Shown here: piece by piece, positions 40,356 to 52,629 of the stretch
How positions within the stretch are numbered: the stretch's first letter is position 1
How the letters are laid out: each line of letters starts with the position of its first letter
Source of the DNA: Pseudogymnoascus verrucosus
Taxonomy: Eukaryota
Reading direction: 5' to 3' (one strand)
DNA length: 64,000 nucleotides
Assembly (NCBI GenBank): GCA_001662655.1
Contig: KV460207.1
Notes under the pieces: model-generated
What the model was told of the DNA's origin: nothing
Seen by the model: only the letters and a program-made list of their open reading frames with translations
Database searches by the model: none
Program-made: the position numbers and the translations under genes

Positions 40356-40954
40356 AGCCCTTGTTGCACTTCACAGGATCCGAGTTCAAATAATTGGCGG
40401 CAATGGTCACGCAACTATTACCCAAGAAATATTGGCGATGTTGAAGAACTGTAATGAGGAGGTAGATGAGGCAGGGACGCTTTAGGCCACAAATAACAGA
40501 TTTGGTAGTTTATAGAAAGCAAGGACGTCTTGGATAGCTTTAGATTCATCCCGTATAAAATTACAATGGATGAGAGATAATAGGTATGACCTATAGGCCT
40601 ATGATTCAGACGAATAATATCTTGATAAATAAAGGAGTATTATTATTGATGTAGCCTTGGCAGTTTGATTGCGGCACCGCAACTTCGGAAATACTCCCGC
40701 CTCGCCGCGACTGTGGCCCGTGCATCCCCATACGTCGTCCCAATCCAGCCGACGCGGAACGATTGGGACGTTCTGTCGGAGCCTTGTGTGCAATTCGCCC
40801 GCCCACGCACGGCCAGTAAGCGCCTTGAGGACAACAGTAGGTACAATTTATCTTTTCTTGCTTCATACGTTTCATTTCCTGCAGTGAGCACAGTTGCTGC
40901 AATCGTATCTACGGCCATTATCTATCCTCACCCGCGGACTGTTTCAAGCCCTCC

Positions 40955-42263
40955 ATGTCCATCATGACAGACGCAGCTACCCCAAGAAAGCGGGCGAAAT
41001 CCGTCACCTTTGCGACCCCCCCGCCGTCTCGTGAGAACACTGCATTTCGCTCTCGCACTGCCCTCGTCCTCGGCGCCCTCACACTCAGCGGTGCCTACGT
41101 CCACTTCTACCAGAGTGCAGGTAATGGCCTCTTTGACACTCTGGGCGAATTGGTGAAGGGCGAGACTTTCCCTGGCTCCAATGGGGAATTTAAGCGCGTC
41201 TTCACGGGCATCAAGCCGCTCGACACCTACCTCACCACCTTTACGCCCTTCTTCGGCATTCTCACTCACAAAGGAGATGACAGCTCTTATCTGTTTTGGT
41301 TGTGGATGATTGGGCAGTTCGGTGTGCAGTGGATCTTGTTCGTCATGGAGAGTCTCAGGGAGGGAAATAAAGGCAGTATTGCCAGCTAGTATGTCCCCCC
41401 AACCAGCATCTGCTCAAGCAGCCTCGAACCACACTAACCCCACCAGCATCGGCCTCGTCGGCTTCATGTTCCAAAACTTCGGCCTCGCAACAGTCATCCC
41501 CGCCTTCCTCCTCATCAGCACCCTCACCTCGACCATCTCTCGCGCCTCCTCCCCCACCGGACTCATGAACCTCATCAAAGTCCATGGAATCGACCTCAAC
41601 ATCCTACCCTTTTCCTTCTTCCTCGCCTACTTCGCCCCAACAGTCTGCATGATGTTGCCTTACCCCGCCATCAACTCCCACAGCAGCTGGCAAGGCTGGA
41701 TCGCCACCTGGCAATTCTTCCCCCTCTACACCGTTACCTTTCAGTGGCTCCTTGCCAGCTTCTTCAAAGCCGTCGATCAGGGCAAGGGCTTCAAAATCAA
41801 GTCCGATGAAGGCAAGATGGTCGCGTACTTCTGGCACGCACGCCCCTTATACATCGGCGCCATCTTCATCTGCGCCGTCTTCCACGTCAACGTCCTTGCC
41901 ATCTGCCTCCTCCCCGAGTGGCTCGTGGAAATTTTCCCCATCGCCGGAACCTATCGCAATGTCTCCTTCGCCTCGGTCTTCCTCCCTCCTGTCCCATTGC
42001 CGCCGTTCGAAAGCGTGAGCGTGGTGCGCAGTCTCCACACCTTCCTCATCTGGGATATGGCCGTGTCTGGCGCCGCAGCGCTCGTCTGGGCGGCGCTACA
42101 GACGCGGAATGTGAGCTCCAAGACGTTCAGCGCAAAGTGGGTGTTGAGAATGATAGGGTTCACGATTATTACGGGGCCGTCGGGGGCGTTCGTCATGGCT
42201 ATGTGGGAGAGAGATTCCGCTGTTGTGGAGCTGCTTATTGAGCAGGCCATGAAGGATAAATGA
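40955..42263 (+). CDS. PaxA/AtmA/CtvD-like integral membrane protein
   Basis: FTGIKPLDTYLTTFTPFF, ESLREGN, WIATWQFFP, FLIWD and GPSGA..MWER resemble this secondary-metabolism membrane family. One intron at ~41389-41446. Confidence 0.55.
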
Positions 42264-42384
42264 GTGGCGATGTGTTGATATATAGATATAGCATTTAACG
42301 ACCTAGATATTCCGCTCAGAATTGCTCCTGTGCCTTCTGTAATTCTAATGCGTCTATCCAACCACTTATATGCTTCAAATTACC

Positions 42385-43624
42385 CTAATATCCCCTCTCC
42401 CTATCAACCGCATTCACCAGTCCCTCACCTCTCGCCCCCCTCTCCAAATTCTCCTCCAAAACCCCTATCGTCCTCTCCAAATACCTTCCATTCCACGCAC
42501 TCACATGCGGCGTAATCACCACATTCTCCAACCCCCACAACTCGCTACTCTCCGGCAACGGCTCCGGTGTCGCCACATCCAGCGCCGCACCCCTCAGTCC
42601 CCCCTCTCCAAGCGGCTTCTTCAGCGCTGCGATCAACGCATCCTGGTCTACACTCTCACCCCTCCCGATATTCAGCACGTACGCCCCGGTCCGTCCCAAA
42701 ATTTCGAATTCCTCGGCACCGAGAATCTGCTTGGTGGAACCCGTTAGCGGGAGAGCGAGGAGCACGTAGTCGAGGTCTGCGCCGAGGAAGGCGTGGAGGG
42801 AAGCCTTGTCTGTTCCGCTGTGCCAGGCAACCGGGAGGGTGCCCTCGCGATCGCCGAGTGTGCCTGGGACGATGAATCCGGTGTCCCGCTTCGATTCCGG
42901 GGTGGTGCGGGGGTTGGCGGTGTAGGCGATTACCTCCATGCCCATTGCTGTGAGAACACGTGCGGCTGTGAGAGTTAGTTTGGCTTTCTACTGGTTGAAA
43001 TATTCTCGAGGGGGACTTACACTGCCGCCCAATGCTCCCGTATCCCAGAATCCCAACACGCCGCCCAACGCTATCGCGGAAGCCCAAAGTGCTATCCCCC
43101 GCAGCCCTCACCCAACGTCGCTCTGACTGCCACTTGTACATGGTGCGCTGCAAGTGGCTGTCAGCGAGGATCTGGAGCGCGACCCATTCCGAGATTGGCG
43201 GACCGTGGATGCCGGAGGTGGTAGTGATGGGGATGCTGGTGGAGGTAAAGATGGGGTGCGCAGCGAGGTGGTTCACTCCGGCAGAGGTGAGCTGGATGAA
43301 CTTGACGTTCTTGGTGAAGGCGGGGACGAGGCGGGCCGGGGGGAGATAGGACATCGTCGCCAGGTGGGTGGCGGATAGCCATTCATCTGAGGGATGTGTT
43401 AGTTGGGGGATTGGTGTATAGGGTAGAGGGGTCAGCTTACCGTCGCTGACATCTTCTTCTGATAGGCGTGCGATGGTGGCGGGGTCGCTGAAGGCGACGC
43501 TAGCTTGCTTGTATGTGATTTTCAGATTAGGGTATTTGACGCGGAGCGCAGCGATGTCTTGCTTTGGCTCTGGAACGCCCCATACAACAAGGAGGTGTCC
43601 TTCAATTGGTGTTTCGCCGCCCAT
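42385..43624 (-). CDS. D-isomer-specific 2-hydroxyacid dehydrogenase
   Basis: QLTSAGVNH, SGIHGPPISEW, GILGYGSIGRQ, NIGRG, LDVATPEPLP and ITPHVS; two introns. Confidence 0.92.
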
Positions 43625-44645
43625 GGTGGTGGTTGGGGAATTAATGGGGTCGGGGTATGGTTGCAGATGAGGGGACGGGGTGAGGGGTCGTGTGGGGTAT
43701 TTATGTTCCTAGGTCAGAACGCTTAAGAGGCGGGGTCGACTGAGACAAATCAGCGGGTTGAAGAAGTTAGGGGCATCGTTGACGTTTTATACCTCTAGAT
43801 GGCGAGCTTATATTAGTCCTCCCGTTGTATACTGTGGTAAACCAGGAACGGCAGTTGTTACCTGCCTGTGTTGGTGATTATCAATCTGGAGGGGTCAATG
43901 TGTCTCCAATGGCCATAATAGTGGGGAACTGGTTGAGCTCCGCTGCCGTGGGTCAATCACGATAAGCTGACATCGGGGTCCCAAGAAATCCGTCGGTCCA
44001 AATACGACTTTATCCACGATCATCCTCCTCTATTCTCATCCAAGTGGAGCTATTCATGCCGCCTCGCCGGCCGGGCACTCGTATCTCCCGTATCTCCGCA
44101 TTTCAGTACAGTCAGATCCGGACCTAAGCGGTGAGTGATAATTTCATGTTGTGTTGCGTTCCTCTGATCTCCTGTTTGCTCACGACTATCGATTGGGACA
44201 AGTTGGAGTTAAACTATAAGCACCTTCAGAGTATCACAGCGGATCTCGGCATAATGCCCGAAAAATTAAGACACATACAAGGTTCTGGGCTAGTAAGATG
44301 TCAGCGACTGCGCTACAGGAAATCGCCGAGGCCTGCCACAGGCAGGGAAAGTGCCGCCAAGCTCGTCCGGCCGCTTTGGCCGCTCTGCTGGGCAACTGTC
44401 CGATATTTGTTCTGCTTCAAAAATCACTTTTAGGATTCTACAAAATTCCTATATATTGCCCTGGACTATAGCATATGCGCGTCCTTTCTGCTGGCTCTTA
44501 GCTGATGGCGTAAGCTGACCGCACGTGATTTAGGATCTTGGATTTAGTCTAATGGTGCCATAAAGGCCCATCCTTCAAATCATCATCATCAATATCTCCA
44601 CAGCCTTGTCCATTATTATCATATAAATCTACATCTCTTCTCAAA

Positions 44646-45407
44646 ATGGCTCCTCTCAAGTATGTCGCCCTCGGCAGCTCCGTCGCGGCCGGCCCAGGTA
44701 TCCCGCCCATTACCAACCGGTTTGCACAGCGCTCTGCGAACAACTATCCCAACATCCTCGCCAAAAAACTGGGCGCCGAGCTTACTGATCTTTCCGTCTC
44801 GGGTGCCACTCTAAAAAACATACTGTCTGTGCCCCAAACGTACTTCTATTTAATCAGCTTCGAGCCGCAGATAAAAGGCATCCCTGCTGATGCCGACATT
44901 GTTACCATCTCTGCTGGCGGGAATGATATTGGCTACATCACCGGTATCATGCGAGACACCTGGAGTACAACATTTTCAGGCCGTCTCCTTACGGGGTTGC
45001 TGCCTACCGCGGAAGACCTGAGCAGCCAGGACGTTGCTGACCGCTTCACGGCTATTATTGACGAGATCCGCAAGATCGCGCCCAAGGCTCTCATCGTTCT
45101 GGTCGAGTATCCAACGGTGTTTGGATCGGATGAGCCGATTCAAGATATCCCTCTGGATAAAGAACGCATCCGTCATCATCGGAGTGTTGCAGATTCCCTT
45201 GAAAGGGCATATCAGTTAGCGGCCAAAGCTCGTCCGGGCGTGAAGCTCATTTCTGTGGGCGAGCTTAGTCGTGAACATGCAGTGGGATCGAAGGAGCCGT
45301 GGGTCAGCCGGAATGTAGGAACATTTGGGTTCCACCCTAATTTGGAGGGCATGCAGGCGGTGGCAGATATGGTTTATCAGGAATTGAAGACTGAGAATCT
45401 CGTATAA
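44646..45407 (+). CDS. SGNH/GDSL hydrolase
   Basis: Block I YVALGSSVAAGPG, block II SVSGAT, block III AGGND, block V FHPN; intronless. Confidence 0.88.
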   Translation: MAPLKYVALGSSVAAGPGIPPITNRFAQRSANNYPNILAKKLGAELTDLSVSGATLKNILSVPQTYFYLISFEPQIKGIPADADIVTISAGGNDIGYITGIMRDTWSTTFSGRLLTGLLPTAEDLSSQDVADRFTAIIDEIRKIAPKALIVLVEYPTVFGSDEPIQDIPLDKERIRHHRSVADSLERAYQLAAKARPGVKLISVGELSREHAVGSKEPWVSRNVGTFGFHPNLEGMQAVADMVYQELKTENLV

Positions 45408-45969
45408 GACTGGGAATATTTGCTTTGTTACGTTTGTTCTTATGATAAACACTGGGGGTCCGGTTCACTTACTAAGTTGCAATTGTCCCTATGCATTTAC
45501 TAGTCTTTGATACCATGAATAAGAGACTGCAAATGTGCGAAACCAAGTCTGAGTAGATGAAACCAAGGTTCAATACCCCGCAAAGGAGGGGGTGTTGGGA
45601 TAGAAAAGAGGGGCCTTTAAGGGTTCGAGTCAATCCTTCCCCAGAGTAAATGTGGTCTGACCCATCAAATTTATGTTTTAAGCCTACTGCCTCAGAAACA
45701 AACGTGTCGGGCTCTACCAATCGCCAGGCCCTAGCTCCGGACAAACCGGTTTCGGGGAGATAGGTTGTTAAGAAGAAACTTATTCGGCTCAAATGGAGAA
45801 TAATTTAGGCAAAAGATGCTAGATGCACGCAGCGGCGCAAATATCGAGGAGATTTGGGGGCGGTTTCGTGTCTATAATAGGGTTATCTCTTAATCCTATA
45901 TAACGGCTTTAAGACACGATTTTTCGAGGTTGAGTTCTCCGAAATCTACTATTATCTAATTCCTCAAAT

Positions 45970-48107
45970 ATGTGGTTCTCAACGTTCCGTCTTGTTGTCT
46001 ATGTGATACTGTTTGGCATTGGGCAGGTCTTTGCTCAATTTTTCGTGTGGGAACCGCCGATCTACAACTCAACCTTCGAACAGTATATATATCATACAAA
46101 TCCAAGCCTGGGAACATTTCAACAACGATATTGGTATAATTCTGAGTTCTGGGGTGGTCAGGGTTCACTTGTAAGCACATTTCGTGTCCCTATTCATACG
46201 CCCGTTGAGATCTTACGAAATGAGCCAATTAAAAAAACTACAGCTAAACCACACAGGTAATTTTTATCAATGGTCCAGAATTAGACGCCAGTATTACGGC
46301 ATCTGATGTGGGCAATGGGAGCTTTTGGTTTGTCTACGCACAGGAGGTCAAGGCGGCCATCATTCTGGTAGAACGTAAGTTATCGGAGGTAACGTGGGGA
46401 TGTCCACGTTACCTCCTTTCACGGGCCTATAAGAGTTAACGGTATTGGAAAATAGACAGGTATTGGGGAGAGTCCTCTCCGTATGAGGTGCTGGATGCAG
46501 AGGCATTTAAGTATCTGACCGTCGAGCAAACCATCGCCGATTATACTCACTTTGCCCGGACGGTTAAGCTGCCCTTTGATACGGATGCTTCGAGCAATGC
46601 CCCACAAGCGGTATGTATCAACCTCCTGCGACGTATAGAGCATCAAGCTCTTCTTAGGAACCACATAAATTACTGATATTTCTCGTTACCTGTAGCCATG
46701 GGTATCCGTTGGTTGCTCGTATCCGGGGATGCTTGCAGCCTGGACAAGCCGCCTTGACCCTGGAACTTTTTGGGCATATCATGCAATGAGTGCTCCTTCC
46801 CAAGCTAACATCGAGTATTGGGAGTACTACGATCTTATTCGTACAGCCATGCCCCAGAATTGCAGTCGGGATTTGGTGCGTATTGCACAACATGTTGGTG
46901 ATACAATTACCACGGGCGACCCTATCAAGGTTGCTGATCTAAAAGATATGTTTAGCACAGGAGCTCTGAATTATGATGATTTTGCAAGGTCTGTATACGG
47001 AACATCTTGCTCCTCAGATCTCGACATGGAATGGCTCGCTGACTCCATCCAGGGCCTTGGTATTTGGCCTAGATAACTGGCAAATAGAGATGTTCTCCAA
47101 TGTGGGCACTACCTCTCTGTTTCTACATATGTGCGACGCAATAGAAGGCGCGGTGGACGGTGTTCCAGGTTCCGCCATACCTGAAGAAGGGGTTGGACTT
47201 GAAAAGGCACTTCCAAATTTCGCCTCGTGGTTTAAAACTGATTTTATTGCCAACCGTGAGTAATTGGACCCTATAGCCACTGAGTCTACTTTCTTTATAA
47301 TATTTATTAATAACAACCCGTCTAGGTTGCATGGGTGCAGTCTTGTTTAGCAATACCGATAACCTTACTCTCTACGAAGATTGGCTCTCTCCTAACTCTG
47401 CCTTGACTGGACGCTCAATGCAACAAGCTCGAGCGTCATAGACCTAAGTCCAAAGAGTCCTCGTGACCGCCGGTACTGGTGGCTTACATGCAATGAACCC
47501 ACGTTATGGACTTTCCAAGTGTAAGTTCGAAATGAGATCCATTGCCTTTGATACCCTCCCTTGCAACCAGTCACTAATTGTGCCGGGCTTTCTCTCATGC
47601 AGTGCACCCCCCAACAATCGGCCGTCCCTCATTTCTCGCACCATCACAACAGATTATGCCGCGGGAATCTGCAGTCGCCTCTTCCCAGGCGACAAGGGAT
47701 ACAAATACGGTCTTGCTAATGGCCGTACCACCGAGACGGTGAACGCACATACGGGCGGGTGGGATTACACCAACTCAACACGTCTCATGTGGTCTAATGG
47801 ATAAGAAAGCACCATCACTTCCAGCAGCATTACAGTTCTGCTTCACTCCGAACTGCACACCAGCTGACCCAAGGCACAGAGAATTGGATCAGTGGGGAAC
47901 GAGAGGTGTATCCAGCAAATTTTGGCCGGGTGGTCCCCTTCAGTCAACCGAGGAGGTGCCCGTATTCGTCATTCCTGGTGGGCATCACTGCTCAGATACG
48001 TCTTGAGCCAGAGCATGAATCCAGGGGTGAAGGCGGTACAGGAGGCAGAGATCGCCTATGTTAAGAAGTGGGTAGCTGAGTTTTATGAGCAGAAGAGCTG
48101 CACCTAA
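45970..48107 (+). pseudogene. Serine peptidase S28 family gene with multiple lesions
   Basis: GTFQQRYW, VEHRYWGESSP, GCSYPG, WLTCNEP and GGHHCSD. Frameshifts near 47395 and 48000, and a donor reading ATAAG at 47801. Confidence 0.8.
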
Positions 48108-48386
48108 TTTAGGGGCAGGTAGAGATAGGATCTAATCCACGGTTTTTAATTATCGATATTAGTTAAAGGGAGCTTGGAAGTGTGCAATTTATTCTAAATA
48201 GTTAGGGACGGTGGTTGAGATAATGGTGATAGTCTTCTGGTTGTCTATCAAGGAATAATAATTTAATTAATATCGTTTAATTTTTTGGAGGAATAGCAGA
48301 GAAGTTTCTTAACATTAATTGGTGAAATAATACGAGGAGGGGGTTGATGATTATCATATTAGTCCCGTTCGATAATTCATCAGTAA

Positions 48387-48597
48387 AGGAAGGACCGACC
48401 AAAAGCCCAAATAAGCAAGAACGACGAGGAGACACGAGGAAGAAGCGACTAAAACCCCAAATAAGCAACAACGATGAGAGCACAGGAGGAAGGAGCGACT
48501 AGATTCCCAACTCAGTACGAACGACGAAACGACACGAAGAAGGAGCGACCGTAATCTCAAATAAGCAAGAACGACCGAGAAAACACGAGGAAAGAAC
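48387..48597. repeat. 50-bp period minisatellite, ~4 copies
   Basis: Unit CAAATAAGCAAGAACGACGAGGAGACACGAGGAAGAAGCGACTAAAACCC starts at 48408, 48458, 48508 and 48558 with substitutions. Confidence 0.85.
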
Positions 48598-49117
48598 TGA
48601 TCACTTACTTATATGGAAGGAACGAGGGAGGAAAGATTACTGTTAGTGCAAAGTAAGTACGTAAAATCCTGGTATTGCAAGCTGCATATCATAACCACTT
48701 AACTAGCGAATGTTATAATAATCCACACTTCCCATAGATTCTGCCAAACAGCGCATTATCAAGGTAGATCAGCACTGACTTTGTCTATTTGTCCACTCCG
48801 TGGCCGCCACCTTTGGGTACCCCTCAATAATAGGGTCTCCAATATTAACCCCACCACCTCCGATGAATCCGGCTCTAGCCGCCCGTATCCCCCATCTTTA
48901 GGGACTGACCGATCTAGGATGAATTCTTCATTGGTGAAATTCATGAGATGATATGGCGAGGGGAGTGGTGGCTATGAGAAGCGCGAGATCGATATCACAT
49001 CCCGCATTTAGACTCCATGAAAGCGTCTTCTACCAAGCACTCTGACGCGTATATGTATAGCTCTATGTATAGCTCTTATATCGAAGTCTGTATAAACGCC
49101 CCATCTCCATCCCTACC

Positions 49118-49882
49118 TCACATTCCCGACTGCTTCGCGGCCATAGCATCATGCTCGATGATGTCCGTCGCCTCCCACGGGTAGCAGATCCAGACATCGC
49201 CCACCGTCCTGGCAGCCAAGTAACGATCATCCTTCAGCAGCTCCTCTGGCAGCTTGCCCTTCTTCTCCTTCTCCTTGTTCTGTTTTTCATTAGCACCCGC
49301 CTCCATGTCAGCCTACGAAACTAGGAGCACTTACGTGTAGCACGAAGATCGAGAATGTAGTCTCGCCCTCGATTCCCAGCCTTTGCCTCGCGGCCTCGAC
49401 ATCCTTCTCGAGCTCCTTAACGGCATACTCGAGCGTAGTCCTGGTATCATCGACCTCATCCACAATCAAGATCCTCTTTCCGATCAAGTTCGACATCTCT
49501 CCCAAACTCGACAGATCCAACCACTGTGTCCTCGTCACCTTCGTACCCAACTGCTCGACATCACCAGGAGTCGAGGTCCCAGGAGTAGTTGAGGGCAGCT
49601 CCTCGTAGAGAGACAGCCCGATGGCCTGGATAGGGATGTTGGGCGATCCGGATTTCTTGAGGAAGGAGCGCAGCATGCGCGCGGGCACGTAGCCGCCGCC
49701 ACCGATGGCGATCATGAGTTGTGGTTTGAACTCATTGAGAATCTTGGGCGCAGCTTCCTGGCAGAGCTGGTGGATCTGGCGGGGGGGTCAAGGTCAGCGG
49801 GATGGCGGGGTAAAGAGGAGTGGAAAAAACAGATGGGTGGGCTTACCTCGTTGTATGTGAGGTAGACTTTTTCGATGGCCAT
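49118..49882 (-). CDS. XPT1: Xanthine/hypoxanthine-guanine phosphoribosyltransferase
   Basis: EKVYLTYNE-IHQLCQ, MIAIGGGGYVPAR, PRPP motif ILIVDEVDDTRTTL, and WICYPWEA; two introns. Confidence 0.92.
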
Positions 49883-50451
49883 CGTTGCGGTTAGTTGGGC
49901 AGTGATGGGAGGGGGTTTATAGCAGTTCCTGACTGAGGGTATCGTGAGAAATATTAGTTCAGAAATATTTCCTCGTCAGTGGCTTGAGAAGGCGGGAACG
50001 CCAAGACCTTTGGCACTATTAGACTTTTAAGAGCGATACGATACCCCACCATCTCGCCTATTGGCCCTAATCGATAAGAAATTTTGGGTCGATAAGGCAC
50101 TTGTCCGCGCCGAGGCTAGTTTCAAGTCGACATCAATGATTGGAGGAACTGATCAAGATGAAGAATAGTCTCATATTATATCTACATGGAATGGCTTGCG
50201 TACACCAAGGAATTATCAAATTTGGGGAGTAATTCCAATTCATTTGTGGTAAATCAAATAAAAACAACCATACATTCCCCACCTCATCAGAATAGAAACA
50301 ACCATGCATCCCCCGCACCATCCAAACTATCACCGCCCCCACATTGCTCTCTCATATATGATATTGCCATCGCCGAGCCGCCCAGACAACTCCGTACGAG
50401 GATCGGTGATGTGAAATGAGCATCACAGAGCGGAGGGCCGTAAATATCCGT

Positions 50452-50589
50452 TCACTTCGCGCAGGTTCCGCATCCGCAGCCGGAGCAGCTGCATCCTGTC
50501 TCGCAGGTGCCTGGATATTATCAGGTAAGTGACTACGGCAGGTAAGAGTGAAGCTACTCACAGGCAGCAGCGCAAGAGCAGCCAGGCAT
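50452..50589 (-). CDS. Metallothionein, 28 aa with 9 Cys (MPGCSCAAACTCETGCSCSGCGCGTCAK)
   Basis: Exons 50589-50562 and 50510-50452; intron GTGAGT..CTGAT..CAG; CATCATG start context; TATATAAAG upstream. Absent from the ORF track. Confidence 0.85.
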
Positions 50590-50710
50590 GATGACGATTA
50601 AAGGTTTAAAGGTTTTTGGGGTTTGGTGGTGTGTGTTGGGTTTGTATTGAGTGTGAGTGTTGATATCGAAGAGCTTTGGTATTCTCATCTAGATCGATGG
50701 AACCCTCAAG

Positions 50711-50719
50711 CTTTATATA
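50711..50719 (-). promoter_or_regulatory. TATA box of the minus-strand metallothionein
   Basis: TATATAAAG about 120 nt upstream of the ATG, followed by a CA-rich leader. Confidence 0.6.
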
Positions 50720-52629
50720 CACCACAGCTCAACTTGAGAAGGTGTGCCCACCATCATCAACCAGCCCGTAAACAAGGCAACCTATCACTTTGACGCCCTA
50801 GTTCTTCCGTAGGATGCCCATGGGGGGGTCATAAGATGCCAAGCGCAACGTGGGATAAAAAGGAAAGTCATAACGCCAGTGCTGCCGGGTGTTCCCAATG
50901 CGGAAATCCGGGCAGCCACACTTTCAGCTTTCCCACACTTTACGTTTGTTGGCTTGAAGCGTGTGGACCTGTTACAAACGAGTTCCATATATGATTGTGC
51001 CACAGTGAAGTTGTACAGCAGTCTCTTGTTTCGACCCACTTATTGAAGCGGAATGTGGCTATTGAAAGCGGGCGTATCCGGTGGAAGCACATCAAGAAAG
51101 GTGGGGGGGGGGATTGTGAAGCTATTTGAAAATGAAATATCGCCTAGATATTTGCAGTACACCCTCCTGAAGTCCCTAAGAATAAGACCCTCTAGACCTC
51201 TAGCCCGTTGGCCGATGCCGGGTGAAGCTGTGCCTCTGAGTTTCCGTGTTATCAGTCCAACCAGAGATCGGTTCTGTTGCTAGAAATGAGAACCTCGAAA
51301 TCCTTGCAAGACATGGTGTGTAAATTAAGGTTTCAGCATGTGGTTTCTGTTCCCGCACCGACTGATGGCCCAACTATAACAGTGAAAGACCCCCATGTGA
51401 GCTTTTCATCGAGGCGTAGAGTGTCCTTTACGTATCGTGATTACCAAAAAGACTCCACGCTCTCCCCGGCGTGAAGTGTGTAGCTTCATGTAGCCTTGTA
51501 GTAGTTGCGTAACTTGGACCCTCTTGTAAGATTTTATATATCTTCACTCACTCCAATCAGAGAAGGACTGTGCCATCGGTCGATCGAGTGAAATAACCCC
51601 ACGCCGTGGTTAGACGTCCCCCCATGTGTTGGTTGCTGCGTGGTCACGTTACACAATAGAGCCGAGGGTCCGGTTCCTTGGATGCACTGCCACTGTGCTT
51701 TATGGAATCTACCGCCCTGGGCTGGCTGCAACTGGCTAAAGTTTGATGCTGGGGATAAGCCGAGCTTGGCCGTACCTCCATATACCTCTAGCTAGTAATG
51801 AGACCCAGACTAAGGGCGGTAGATGCCATATATAACGTAGCACGGTTGAACGACAGGGTCACCTGCAGGACTCGTAAGTAGTGAAGTGGTGAGGGGGTGT
51901 GAGAGCAGAGGAGGGGGGTCGAGGAAGGTTGGTTTCATACTAAGCGTCGTCAGTCACGTATCACCACACCCTCCGGTAAATATCACATACTTTCGGATAA
52001 CAAAAGAAGATCAGCGCGGTAGCTACCGTTGGCCACTTTGCTTACAAGTTCGAAAACGCCTCGTGCATCCTTCAGGTTGACACAGCTTTACGGTTTGAAG
52101 CCTGAGTGGTGGAGATGAAGGTGGGGGGAGGGGCGGCGTCGTTGGAGACTAAAAGCAGCACAAAAGGCTCATCCATGTCTGACAATCATCGTATGCCCCC
52201 ATAAACCTCAACAAATGATTATTTGGCAGGTAGGCGATTAGTGTTTGAATTCCATAACAAATGCATTCCCGGGCAGCTCTTACTATTCAAAGCATCAAAG
52301 CATCAAGGGCATCTTCTCAGACGCTCAAGTGGGGTCGTACCTTCCTTAGCTTCCTTGTTGCCGCTGTCTTCTGATACCCCCGCCCCCACCGTAAAGTGAG
52401 CTGATATGAGCAAAACTGAGGGCAGGCGCGATCATTCATTGGCTAGAGGGGGTTAAATAAACACCCCGCCTACACTCCAGTTGTCGTGCTTGGAGACTAT
52501 AGAAAGGCCTCGACAACCCAGCACCTTTCGTGCCTCTTTAACACCAACAACATCCAAACCTACAATCAAATCAAACAAACACCAACTCCAAAAACCAACC
52601 AAACCAACCAAACCTCCAAATCAATCATC

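Noticed and set aside
48387..48597. CRISPR-like array
   Set aside because: Eukaryotic context, the whole unit repeats with no unique spacers, and no cas genes.
48759..48944. 61-aa minus-strand ORF downstream of XPT1
   Set aside because: No recognisable motif or splice support.
50452..50454. UGA of the 9-Cys metallothionein read as selenocysteine or read-through
   Set aside because: It follows the typical terminal Lys, the downstream frame is not Cys-rich, and ascomycetes are not known to have Sec machinery.
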